Below, in pieces: positions 1 through 12,140 of a stretch of DNA of 64,000 nucleotides (positions are counted from its first letter, which is position 1; each line of letters begins with the position of its first letter). The notes beneath the pieces are model-generated. The model made no database searches and was not told the origin of the DNA. It saw only the letters and a list, made by a program, of their open reading frames with translations. The stretch is taken from the NCBI GenBank assembly GCA_964016885.1, contig OZ024746.1, positions 43,276,001-43,340,000 of the forward strand. The letters run 5' to 3'. Source of the stretch: Eledone cirrhosa. Its lineage: Eukaryota. The translations under genes and the position numbers were made by a program.

Positions 1-200
1 ATGTCTCTAAGTGCCTGGAGAAATCTGGCCACCTTACTCTTGTTGGAGTGTACATGACCACCAGGCTCCTCCTGTCAAAACCTTCTGACCTAGCTGTTGC
101 ATCTAGAAAAACTTAACTCTGTTCAGACCTTTCTGAAACAGTACCACTACACCACTTGATCTGGGCTGACCAAAGATTGTATATATATATATGCACATCT

Positions 201-236
<36 letters not shown>

Positions 237-238
<2 letters not shown>

Positions 239-472
239 CACGACAAAAAACACACAGTCCACGCTGTAATGTGGCCATGTAGGTAACACGGTAAAAACCT
301 CCCAATCCACACTGTAAACGTGGTTGGTGTTAGGAAGGGCATCCAGCCGTAGAAAACCCGCCAGACAGTCCTATACGAGCAGGACAACAAATCTTGCCTC
401 AAGTGGGAAAACTCCCGTCCAAACCCATGCAAGCGTGGAAGATGAACGTTAAACGGTGATGATGATGATGAT
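237..472 (+). mobile_element. 5'-truncated RTE LINE/SINE 3' tail ending in (GAT)n
   Basis: Near-identical to 17830-18074; contains GGTTGGTGTTAGGAAGGGCATCCAG and ends CCCATGCAAGCGTGGAA...GTTAAAC(GAT)n; follows a (TA)n array. Confidence 0.85.
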
Positions 473-1548
473 ATACACATAAGTATGCATAAATACACAC
501 ACACATTATATATATATATACATATATAACTGAAAAGACAGAGTTTAAAGTGCTTGATATAACTTTTAAGTAAATTGACCATTTTAGTAGTGCCATGATT
601 AAATAGGTTATTACTTGGGTTTAATGATACTAAATAATTATTTCTAACTTCGTATGTATTGGTATGAGAGGCATCTTTTATACATAGCATCAATGTGTAT
701 ATATTGGAATAATAAAAAGCAAAGTTAATTAAGTATATATAAGGCTAGAAAAATCATTATTATCCAAGATATGGAATCATTTATTGATTATTCAAGGGTC
801 TTATTACTAACTAGGTACAGAATCTGTTGAAGGGAAAATGCAATAAACTAATTACTAAAAAGCCATGCAGCAAAATGGAATGAAGTTGTGAATACTTTCA
901 AAATAATAATGAAAGAAGTAAAAATCAGTCAGATTTATGTAATTCTGTAATGTTGAAGCAAGTAGCTGACTTCTTTACTAGAACTTGTTATTGTCATTTT
1001 AACATTTTTCTATTTCGTTACATTTATTGTGTGTCTGTATTGAAATTCTGATAAAGGAATTGTAATGAACATAAAATCCATTGTGACTGAGAATTTTTAC
1101 TTAGAAGAAAATGTTTTCTATATGACACTTAGAGTGGATAGTCTATTTGTTGCTAAAATAAAGTATTGTTATTAAAAAGGTCTATGAAAGATGGACATTT
1201 CTTTCTGTCACTAAGGATAGGAGACATTATGAGAACAGAATGTGACTGACTACATGTGTTGTCATATAAATTTGCTGTTCCAGTATTTCAAGTAGCGTGA
1301 TCTCCCATGTATTTTAAATATCATATTAACAACCTTAACTTATTCTGTTTCACACTTCCATTTGAAAACTATCATAGTCAAGCTTGCACATAAATATATA
1401 TCAGATAGAAAGCATTATTCATCTTATGTTTGTTAAAATTAATATATTCAATATAATAATGGATAAGTATATAATAATTGCAATAAATATAATGGATTCA
1501 GATATAGAAACCATTTTCTGAGAAATTCTCTGCCTCCTCACATTGAAC

Positions 1549-2121
1549 TGTTGATAGAGACCTACATTCCGCAGGCTCACATACATTCTCTGTGCGTGAT
1601 TTGGCTCAGTTCAGCCAATCAGCACCAGTAGAAGAGGATGTATCCCTACGCGCCCTGAGGAAGAAATTCCCCGCGAAGATTTGAAGAATCTCTCTCTTGT
1701 ACCGGAAACTTCAAGCCAGCAACACGCATAATGTAACGGTGAGATTTGCACCCTAGCCTCGCCGGCTTAACGGCGCAATGGCACATTCCCTTTTGTAACC
1801 TCTTTTTATCTGTAACTTCAACCATATAAGTTAACAAACATTGTTTGTATTACATCAAAAATAAACAAACATTTCATCTCTAATTACTGCTGTTGAAATC
1901 ATTATTATGTTACTCGTGTCTCAATAACATCTATAATCCATGCTGCTGGAATTGGCGACCTGACGAAAGGAATATTGTAAATAGATGGTAAATAGATCGA
2001 GGGACCTTCCCTCACGTCTATGTCAACAAGATAATCCAACGATGATACTATCACTTACCACACTGGCAACTAACGACTATCAATCATCTACCCTGTTAAA
2101 GTGGCGACTACTCTATAACCA
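1549..2121 (+). mobile_element. Probable solo LTR
   Basis: TG...CA ends with imperfect terminal inverted repeat TGTTGATAGAG/CTCTATAACCA; CpG-richer than flanks; CCAAT near 1615, AATAAA near 1860; no clear TSD. Confidence 0.4.
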
Positions 2122-2614
2122 ATACTGCTAAAATAGAATCTTAGAATAATCGGTTTCACTTATTATACTGTGGCCATACTGGGACACTGTACCAATTTTA
2201 GTTGATCATATAGACTCCAATACTTACTTTTCAAGTTTATGTTTATTTATGTGTTTGAATTATATAATGTAATTAGAAATAGTAAAAGATTTATATGGAT
2301 TCTAATGAAACAATTATAAGTTTAAAGAACTGGGCAATGTTTTTGTTTAAGCAAAACAACAACATAAAATATATATGGAAAAATGTTAAAACAATGAAAT
2401 TGTTTTAATCACTATTTTTAATGAAGCAAGAAGCAGCATAAGTATAGAAAACAAGGTAATCAGTGGTCAGGCACAAAATATATAAGAAATAGTTGATAGC
2501 AAAACAATTGAAATCTGATTAATATAACTGCAAATGTTGGCTTATATAAATTCAATGAAAATCATGATTGATAAAAAGAATACTTCAACAATGAATTTTG
2601 AAATAAATAAGTGA

Positions 2615-2940
2615 CATCATCATCGTCGTCATTTTAACCTCTGCTTTCCCTGACAGGTTCATACAGATCATGGCATTACTGAAGTGGAGCCACTGATCCC
2701 TCATGAATGCCAGGGGTCAGTGTCTCACTTACAAATGGTCTCACATTCTACCAAGTGCTCAGGTGAGGTTGTCATGCCTTTGAAATAACTGAGGATCCTC
2801 CCAACCCTTTGTTTGGTAAGATTTCTACAGTTGGATGCCCTTCCTATTACCAACCACTTTGCAGTGTGTACTGTGTGCGCTTACTGTGTAAATCACCAAT
2901 GCTAGGGAGGTTGTCATGTCCTTGACATAATTGAAGATGT
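2615..2940 (-). mobile_element. Degenerate RTE-tail SINE/LINE 3' end
   Basis: (CAT)n start and TTCTACAGTTGGATGCCCTTCCT, the reverse complement of the shared tail motif. Confidence 0.7.
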
Positions 2941-4559
2941 CCTTTCACCTCTAAACAACTTTCAACCTTAAAACCATGATGAATTCTTTGTCTGAAACAT
3001 TAGTACTCCTGTCTCTTATACCAAACTGGTACTCAACTCCAGTAATGTTTATATTTTGAGGAGTGAAATTTATAAATTCCTGTTTATGTAAATACAACAA
3101 ACACATCTTCCAAAATTGTTTATATAGTGAGGAAAATTGAAATGTTGCATAAAATAGAAATGTACTGATCTTTTTGGCAAAAGATAACTTTCTAGGTATT
3201 TCCTTCTATTCTATAGTTATCTGAACAGAATATGTTTTTGTTTTAAAATTCCATATGTAAATGTTATGAAAATATATTTTAGAATACATTGATTGAGATG
3301 AATCAAGTACATATATAAACATACTTTCATATTTTTTATATGTAAACCATGAAATAATTATATATAAGTCTATGTTTTTCAGATGGATACTAATCAATTG
3401 TATGTAACTTTTGAATACTGACAACAAGTTATTGTTATTTTTGTTTATTTATTTTGTGAGAAAAATATCATTTTATTATCTATAATGATTTCAAATTGAC
3501 AAAACCAGTAATTATTATCACAGTGTGTGATAATTATTGAAATAAATACTCGGATTCAGTAATTGTATTTGACAATAGGCCATTGGTTTGCAAGATAAAT
3601 GATTTAATGGATTTATGATATTTATTATTTTATTGGAAATTTAAATTAAATGTTTCATAACTACCCTTTTATTCTAATATATACTCTGCACCTGGTACAC
3701 TCTAAACTGGTTGGCAATTGAATAGAGACAATATAGGGTAGAAAGGAGTTCTCAGTTTGGCTGAGCATATGGCATTCTCTCTAGTTAATGTTATTATATG
3801 TTAATGTTGTTATATATAATCAATTAGCAATCAGAAATCACTTACTTTTACTATTATATTAAATTCATTTAATATTTCTTTAAAAATTTATTGAATATTA
3901 TTAATATTCCTTTGGAAAAATATTATTCTCATTTCATGTAACCACTTGTTACTATGTGAGAAATGTTATAATTGTTGCCAAATCATTGTGAAGTTTGGAC
4001 ACATTTAAAATATTCTATGGCATAGTTGATAGAAAGGCAAAGCAAAATTACATGTGGTATTTTCTGATTTCAGATCCCACTGGGGAAAATGAATTTGTAT
4101 TTCATCTCTCGAGACAGGCACATAACATGATGGAATTGATTGCACCCAACCTTAAAATTTTTGATCTACCAAATTCATAAATCAATATTTTATGCTGTTC
4201 CAGTCATAAGTAACATACTGAAAATAAAATTGCACATTTTGTAAAAATAACCTCCTGTAAAAAATTAAATCAAAATTAAGGAGAAAAAAATCTACCAGCT
4301 AAATATCATCTAATCCCATAAAATAGTTTCATTTTGACATACTGATATCCTATTCAATTATAATCAACTCAGAGTGAGGATAAACCACAACATTCTGTGT
4401 AATTTTAATATAAATGCACACATGAAGAATACTAGCTAAGTACTATAGTTATCTAAACCTTATTAATGATAACAAGGATTTCAATATTGGGGTAATATTC
4501 TCAAATGATATATTCTGCCAATGTCAATAAAAATATTAATATCTACAGGTCAAGGTAAT

Positions 4560-5000
4560 ATCAAGGGGGTTTCTGATCTGTATAGAAACAATCTTTCTGT
4601 AGGATTCAGAGATGTGGACAGTGAATGCTGTTTTCCACAAGAGGCCCGATGCTTGGCATACAACATTTACTGGAGACATCATCCAACAATCATGTCTCTG
4701 TATGGATCCCTGCCTCACATCTCTGATGTTGTGAAGCATCATCATCTTGCCTTTGCTGACCCTGTCACTTGCCATAATTAAACCACTGCAAGATTTCTTC
4801 TTTGGATAGGATACCAGATACAAACAAACAAGTTGGCTGGCTGTATATCATCATGAAATCAATCATCGAAATGGACAGAGGCCTCAAAGGAATGGATCTA
4901 CATGTTGCAATGGTTGACATAGGTCTCTGGAGCTTGAATTTTGTCAATGTCTCACTACTGCTAAAAGGCATCAGATGACTCATGAAGAAAAAGAAGAAAA
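4560..5000 (+). mobile_element. Decayed RTE-clade LINE ORF2 C-terminus
   Basis: LAYNIYWRHHPTIMSLYGSLPHISDVVKHHHLAFA resembles the RTE post-RT region (ISW..H.T...LYG.LP.IS.....RL.FAGH); GAA-rich tail. Confidence 0.65.
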
Positions 5001-5389
5001 ATGTCATAACTAAAGAGAAAGGAAACAAAGATTTCTGCATACTATTTTGTACATTAATATTTCTTGTTTCCTTGCATAATTCCATATGTGATTCCACCTA
5101 TGACTGAGTTGTACTGGTTAATCTTGAGTTTAAATGCCCATTGGCATTTAGATCTAGATGACCTTACCTCTCTCTAGGTACTTTATTACTATTGGTACAT
5201 TATTTATTGATCTCCAAATGATGAAAGGAGAATGTGACCTCAGTAGTATTTAAACTCAGATATCAAAATGTTGGAAAGAATGCAACAAATCCTTCTATCC
5301 AATATGCTAATGACTGCCATTCTGCAACACCTTATATGATTATATATATGATTATATATTGTAAAAATATTAAAATAATATCTTTTAAA

Positions 5390-5573
5390 TACCATATATA
5401 CTCACATATAAGTCCCATCCTATTCCTTAAAACATGTAAAACAATTAACATGCGACCTATCTGCTGGATCTACAAAATCTCAATTCCAAATGTATGACAC
5501 ATTGTAAATGTTCTATGTAAAATGGAAATGTGACGTTTCCACCAGTGAGACTTATACACAAGTATATATGGTA
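5390..5573. mobile_element. Tc1/mariner-pogo (Tc2/Tigger-like) MITE
   Basis: 25-bp imperfect TIRs including TA: TACCATATATACTCACATATAAGTC / GACTTATACACAAGTATATATGGTA; a related single end lies at 44981. Confidence 0.75.
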
Positions 5574-5906
5574 TATTATATTTTTATAAATATATTTATA
5601 ACTAGCAGTAAAGCCCGGCGTTGCTCGGGGTCGCTCAGTAGCTGTCTTAAAGTTACAATGTTAAGTTTCTTTTTTGGCTTAAAAACTGTAGTGTCTACTG
5701 TGCAGACTTGCATGTGGTGTTTTTGATTAATATTCCCTCAACCAACAATATGCCTTATGAAGTTAAGAAAACATAACGAAAACCCAAATGTTATAACAAA
5801 AGAGGATGCTGGGGATAAAAACTGCATTGGTTATTTATTAACAAAGATCGAAAATGTAAACACTGCAACGCAGAGAAAAACATTAGCGTAACCAAATTAT
5901 CAGTTA

Positions 5907-6052
5907 TGTCTGTCTGCACGCCTATATCACCTCTCTGCACGACTATCTGTCTGCACGCGTATATCACCTCTCTGCACGACTATCTGTCTGCATGCGTATA
6001 TCACCTCTCTGCACGACTATCTGTCTGCACGCGTATATCACCTCTCTGCACG
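5907..6052. repeat. 37-bp minisatellite x4 inside Helitron
   Basis: Unit TATCTGTCTGCACGCGTATATCACCTCTCTGCACGAC; period 37 (5941, 5978, 6015); about 3.4 units in copy 2 (7036-7160). Confidence 0.95.
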
Positions 6053-6309
6053 CCTAACGAAATTTACAGATACATATATTTTAAATAAACATATATAATT
6101 TTTGCTTTTTTTTACGAAATATTTGCTTGTTTTACGTAGTCTTTAAATAGACTTGTTTTCAAGTAAAAATATTGTTTTAAAAGGCTTTTAAATGGAAATG
6201 AAGCAAAACGGAAGCTTAGTGTTCGAACTGATGAATTTTGCAGGTCAAAATTTTGCTGGCTCGACAACTGTTCGTGTATTGTGTTAATGTCATTTTAAAC
6301 GCTGAGAAA

Positions 6310-6382
6310 GCCAGCGTAATTTTTTTAATTTTTGCCAGCGTAATTTTTTTAATTTTTGCCAGCGTAATTTTTTTAATTTTTG
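6310..6382. repeat. 24-bp tandem repeat x3 inside Helitron copy 1
   Basis: GCCAGCGTAATTTTTTTAATTTTT at 6310, 6334 and 6358; single copy in Helitron copy 2. Confidence 0.9.
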
Positions 6383-6730
6383 CACGCAGAAAATGTAAAC
6401 AGAACGTAAGACGCTACGCTGAATGTAAACAGAACAAAGGGAAATCATTTTTTTAATTTTTGCACGCAGAAAATGTAAAGAGAACGTAAGATGCTACGCT
6501 GAATGTAAACAGAACAAAGGGAAATAACTCATCACTTACGCTCAAAAATCGATACATTATATTCGATTTCGTCAGATAGGGCGGGTCAATTTGAAATATT
6601 TTTTTCCGATGTCTTCGCTAGGGCTCAATGTACAAGTATAGCAATTTCGGTGCAATTCCGTGAGAGATTCTAAGAGATGTGTGCCAAAAATCGATAGACA
6701 GACAGACAACCTCAGTTTTATATATATAGA

Positions 6731-7641
6731 CTAGCAGTAAAGCCCGGCGTTGCTCGGGGTCGCTCAGTAGCTGTGTTAAAGTTACAACGTTAAGTTTCTT
6801 TCTTGGCTTAAAAACTGTAGTGTCTACTGTGCAGACTTGCATGTGGTGTTTTTGATTAATATTCCCTCAACCAACAATATGCCTTATGAAGTTAAGAAAA
6901 CATAACGATAACCCGAATGTTATAACAAAAGAGGATGCTGGGGATAGAAACTGCACTGGTTATTTATTAACAAAGATCAAAAATGTAAACACTGCAACGC
7001 AGAGAAAAACATTAGCGTAACCAAATTATCAGTTATGTCTGTCTGCACGCCTATATCACCTCTCTGCACGACTGTCTGTCTGCACGCCTATATCACCTCT
7101 CTGCACGACTATCTGTCTGCACGCCTATATCACCTCTCTGCACGACTGTCTGTCTGCACGCCTAACGAAATTTACAGATACATATATTTTATATAAACTT
7201 ATATAATTTTTGCTTTTTTTTACGAAATATTTGCTTGTTTTAAGTAGTTTTTAAATAGACTTGTTTTCAAGTAAAAATATTGTTTTAAAAGGCTTGTTTT
7301 ACGTAGTCTTTAAATCGTGTATTGTGTTAATGTCATTTTAAACGCTGAGAAAGCCAGCGTAATTTTTTTAATTTTTGCACGCAGACGCTCAATGTAAACA
7401 GAACAAAGGGAAATAACTGATCACTTACGCTCAAAAATCGATACATTATATTCGATTTCGTCACATAGGGTGGGTCAATTTGAAATTTTTTTTTTCCCGA
7501 TGTCTTCGCTAGGGCTCAATGTACAAGTATAGCAATTTCGGTGCAATTCCGTGAGAGATTCTAAGAGGAGATGTGTGCCAAAAATCGATAGACAGACAGA
7601 CAACCACAGTTTTATATATATATATATAATATATATATAGA
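6731..7641 (-). mobile_element. Non-autonomous Helitron, copy 2
   Basis: Same termini and hairpin as copy 1, highly similar with internal deletions; preceded by A on the minus strand (A|TC...CTAG|T for the array). Confidence 0.85.
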
Positions 7642-9767
7642 TGATATAAATATTTATTTTAGAATAATGATTATAAGGATTACTTTTAAGTTATATAAAA
7701 CTGTGTGTAGGGAAATGAATTTGTAACCATTTTAATTGTTATTAGTATATTAATTATTCTCTATAGTCATGATAATTATGAAATGCTAAATCAAATAAAC
7801 ATGGATTTGAACTCGTAACTAAGGGAAAGATATCATTAAGTATGTAACCTAAAGTTATATTATAATTTTGATGATTGTGATGATGATGAATGCATGTATC
7901 CCTTATTGTATTTTGCAACTATGAGGCTTACAAACATTGATGCAAGTTCATGGATATTTTGGAAGAGAATTGTAGATATTGCTTATCTCAATACTTTCAG
8001 GATATTTATTTTATGAATGCCAGAGGGATGAAAGGCAAAAGTACCTTCAGGAGGCTTTGAACTCATAATATAAAAGAACGAGTCATTTTCTCCAAAGGTA
8101 TATAATTTCTGGAATCCACTGCCTTTTTAATTCAGTGGTAATAAAATTGAATGAAATATATGTTCTATAGTAATAATATAATGTGAAAGAGTTATAAAAA
8201 TCTGTTAATATTATTTTTATAAATGTCAGGAAATTTTATACATAAAGTAAAATACAGCAAAAAAAATTATTTCTGAAATTTTAATGATAAAATTCATATA
8301 CTTTATTTAGAAATAATTTATTTTATTGAGTTAATTCTGAATATTAGAAGAAGAATGATGATGTTTCTTAACACTTTGTCTCTTTCCATTTCAAATATAA
8401 ACTTCATAGTCAATATAGAGTGAGAATATATGTGTGCATGATGGTTTAAGGTATTTTGATTACAGTATACAGAATAATATTCATGCATATATATAAATTA
8501 TGTCAGTTGTTTTTACTGAATTAAACATTTATGGCATTTAAACACACAAAATCTATCCATTTTATTGATAATATTTTATTTGATTATGCTGACGTTAATT
8601 ACAATTCAAGTTAAAATATTTTGTGTATTATTGTTTTCTTGATAATTTTTAGGAGGAACATTTTATGGCTCCCTTAACTGCAAATATGTATTCATTGTGT
8701 TCTTACTGCAAATCATTACAATAAATGAATTTCTTTTATCCAGTTATATCAAAAGAATAAAGAAATATTTATGGAAACATTTTTTCAATGGCATTATCTA
8801 AAATTTTAATATCACAATATGAGAAACTGATATTCATATGAATTCACAAAGACTGTGCTAATTTCAAGTAAATATAAACAAAAAATTAAAGATTTATTAG
8901 GAAGCAAAATGTCAAAATACTCTAAGAAAACAAAAAGAAGCCAAGATAAACTTGAAATCTAAACAAAAGAAATAAATGCATATAAGGATCCAATATAGAG
9001 AGTTATAAAAATCTATTAATATTATTTTTATAAACATTGTCATATAATAGAGAAAGAATCAACCGAATACTTTTGCTTTTGAAAGATGGAAGAATGAAGA
9101 ATATAATTGACTCTTTATGGAAAGTAAAACTTCAAAATAGTTCCATAAGTATTAAAATAGTACAATTCACTCATTATATTATGAATTATTCCAGATCTAC
9201 CATCAATATACAAATATATTGCTCCCATTTTTACACATGCCTTGCCATTCTGGCATGAGTTAAATGACTTGCAAGCAGGGAAAAGCGGATGTAAAATGAT
9301 GAGACTTTTTTTGTGGCAGTAGTCCACTGTTTTTTTTTTGTTTTTTTTTTTCTTTTTTAAAGTAAGATACTGATCTTCCCATGTCAAACTATTGAGATGC
9401 TGGGAATATTGTTTATGCAAGGCATAAACAAATATCACAGCCTATCAATGTCAAATGAGAAACAAAGACACACACACACACACATGACAAGCTTCCCTTC
9501 AATTTCTTTTTTATCAAATTCACACACAATGCATTAGTTACATTGGAGGCTAAAGAAAAAGACACTTGTCCAGATTCCCACATAGTGGGATAGAACTTTC
9601 AAATCTATAACAATTCTTGTATTGATACATATATTTTAGGGTTGAATTAGTTTTGCAAGTGAAAGGAATTCAGACCATATGTAATTTCAAAACTCTACCA
9701 AATTAGTTGATTTCTGTTTTACTTTTTAATTTAGGTCCTTAAAAATTAACATCCTTTAAAGATGAAT

Positions 9768-12140
9768 TCTTCTTCTCCTCCTTCTTTGCCTACTTATTGC
9801 TAGGGGGGATGTGGGAGCAGAGTCCTCCAGCACCATCTTCCAGTGGGTCCTGTCAAAAGCAACTGTATCCGATTGATCCAGCTGAATCCTCAAGTAAGTC
9901 CAGCTCAACTCATGGATGTTCTCCAACTATCTTGCTTGGGGTCTACTTCTTGGTCTCCTGACGGTTTGTTTTGCTTCTAAAATCTGTCCAATTCTTTACT
10001 ATGAGATTTGATCTCTTATTTTGGAGAGGTAACAGCTCTACCTGGTGCAATTCTCAGATATCCGAGCTATGCCCCCTATCAGGTAACATTACTTCAAAGA
10101 CTCTTTGGCAGAACCCTATTTTGGCTGCTTGTCTTCGCAATCATATTCTTTTGGTCATTACCCAAGATTCATGACCATAGATAAGGGTTGGAATGAATAC
10201 CAAATTGAAAATACCAGGTTTGGCATTTACACCTATATCCCTTCTTCTGATAACTGAATACTGAAGCTGGTGCATTATTGCGCCAGCACCTGCAATTCTT
10301 GCACTTAGTTCAGCCTCCTGCCTTCTATCATTCATGAACATGGCCTTAAGAAACTTGAACAACTCCACCCACTTCAGTGGAACTCCACTCACATGTAGAG
10401 TGCACTGCCAAGCTTCTCCGAGAGAACAAGTGTCTCAGTCTTTGCAGTAATGATTTTCATTTCTGCCATGTAGCATTCAGCAGTAAACCTATTTATCAAG
10501 TGCATGTTGGAGATCACCTTCTCATGAGATAAGTAATACCATGTTGTCTGCAAATTCCAGCCAACTTATCATACACCTGCTAGTCATGATACCATAGAAT
10601 GTGGTTGTATGCTTTTCAAGATTGAATTAATCAGAATAGTCTTCTTCGCAATACTCCCATGATTGCTGCAGTGCAAATATTTGGTTGGCTATAATTGAAG
10701 CAGTCTCTCTTGTCTCCCTTTTTTAAAATTGGGATTATCACTTGTGATTGTCATTGCTTAGATGTCTTTCCAGAGATCCTGGACACCCAACACACATGAG
10801 TCATCCAGAGAATACCTTATCTATTTAAAGCTTTTAACATCTTAGGATGAATGTATTCCTCTACTGGCGCCTTGCCATGTTTGAGCTCTTGTGACTTCAG
10901 CCTCCAAGAGGTTAGTCACTGCTGCCAGATGCACCTTGTGTACAACAGAAGATGCTATTGTGACTGAGTTTAGGAGATCAGCAAAGTATTCTCTCCATCT
11001 CATGAGGATGTACCTCTTTCAAGAGAAGAGAACCTGAAAACACATTCCTGATAGCAGGCTTGTAGGGGGACTCTTATTTTGAAGATGGTGGATAGTCTGC
11101 CAGAACACTTTATTTACTGCTCTGAAGTTGGATTCCAGCTTAATCAGAAAGTTTTGCCATATCTAATCTTTGCACACCTTTACTGGTTCTGCTGTGACAT
11201 TTTGTGTCTGTTTGTACTGCAAATGCAAAAAAGTGGATTTATTTCTTTGTAAGCTTTCTCCTTTGCTCAGATGGCATCTCTGACCACTTTATTTAAACAG
11301 CAAACCACAGCATTTAACAGCTAAAGCAGAAAGTGCTAATCGGAACACACACTAATCCAATTCAACCTGTTCAAGGATTTCTCTGAATTTGGATGCAATA
11401 GTATCCCCAAACTTGTTCCCTACTTCCTTATCCGCCAGCACTTTCAACATTATGCTGTAGATCAAGCTAGATATGCAGGCTTTGTAGGCTTGGCTTTAGG
11501 TAGTCTCAGGCAGCAGCTAACTAGATGGTGATTGGCCAACAGTGCAGCACTCTCTTAAAATGAACATCCAGCACAGAATCAAAGAGATCAGAAACAATAA
11601 GAAAATTAATTATTTATTTATGTCCCCATTTACCCTTATACCATGTGTATCTATGGGTTGCTTTGTACTGGGAGAAGGTGTTCTTAATAGAGAGCACATT
11701 ACTAAAATAGAAGTCTAATAAGGCCTCTTCATTCATATTTAGATTGGGATCACTGTTCCTTCCCATCACTTCTTTCCGTGTCAAGTAGTCAGTGCCAAAA
11801 TGCGCATTGTAGTCTCCCATTAGAATATATGACTTAGTCTTAACTACATCTAATACTGCAGTGACTTCATCAAGGAAGAATCAGTATTCTGACCCTCTGT
11901 TTGGAAAATAAACTTGTACCATTCGCAGAGACCTTTCTTGCAGCCTAAGCTTAAAGAGTAAATCCTCCCTCCCAAAGGGATACAGTTCATAAAATATTCT
12001 GACAGCTGGCAGCTTGTGAGTATAACTCACCCTGCTTGTGCAGTCTTTTCTGGCCCCATATGTGAATAGTGGAGTTTCCATCCTCCATCCAAATCTACAG
12101 TGACCTTTGTGCTTCCATCCTATGCCTTCCAGAACAGGTT
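9768..12140 (-). mobile_element. Decayed RTE LINE (Expander/Rex3-like) with APE endonuclease and partial RT
   Basis: GDYNAHFG...NTFSQYKATHRYTWY (APE); PTLIYGHESWVMTKRI (RTE post-RT); GAA-type tail; part of RT deleted relative to the 28860-30660 copy; many stops. Confidence 0.9.

Larger units (their letters stand above)
5602..6730 (-). mobile_element. Non-autonomous Helitron, copy 1
   Basis: Minus strand: 5' TCTATATATATATAAAAC, 3' GC hairpin CCCGAGCAACGCCGGG (5614-5629) 8 nt before terminal CTAG, followed by T; no TSD. Confidence 0.85.

Noticed and set aside
238-693. 151-aa minus-strand ORF
   Set aside because: Antisense read of an RTE tail plus microsatellite
5907-6052. 37-bp repeats as a CRISPR array
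   Set aside because: Units are contiguous with no unique spacers; eukaryotic context; no cas genes
6228-6256. CTGATGA followed by a hairpin inside the Helitron
   Set aside because: No GAAA or cleavage triplet after the stem; not a hammerhead
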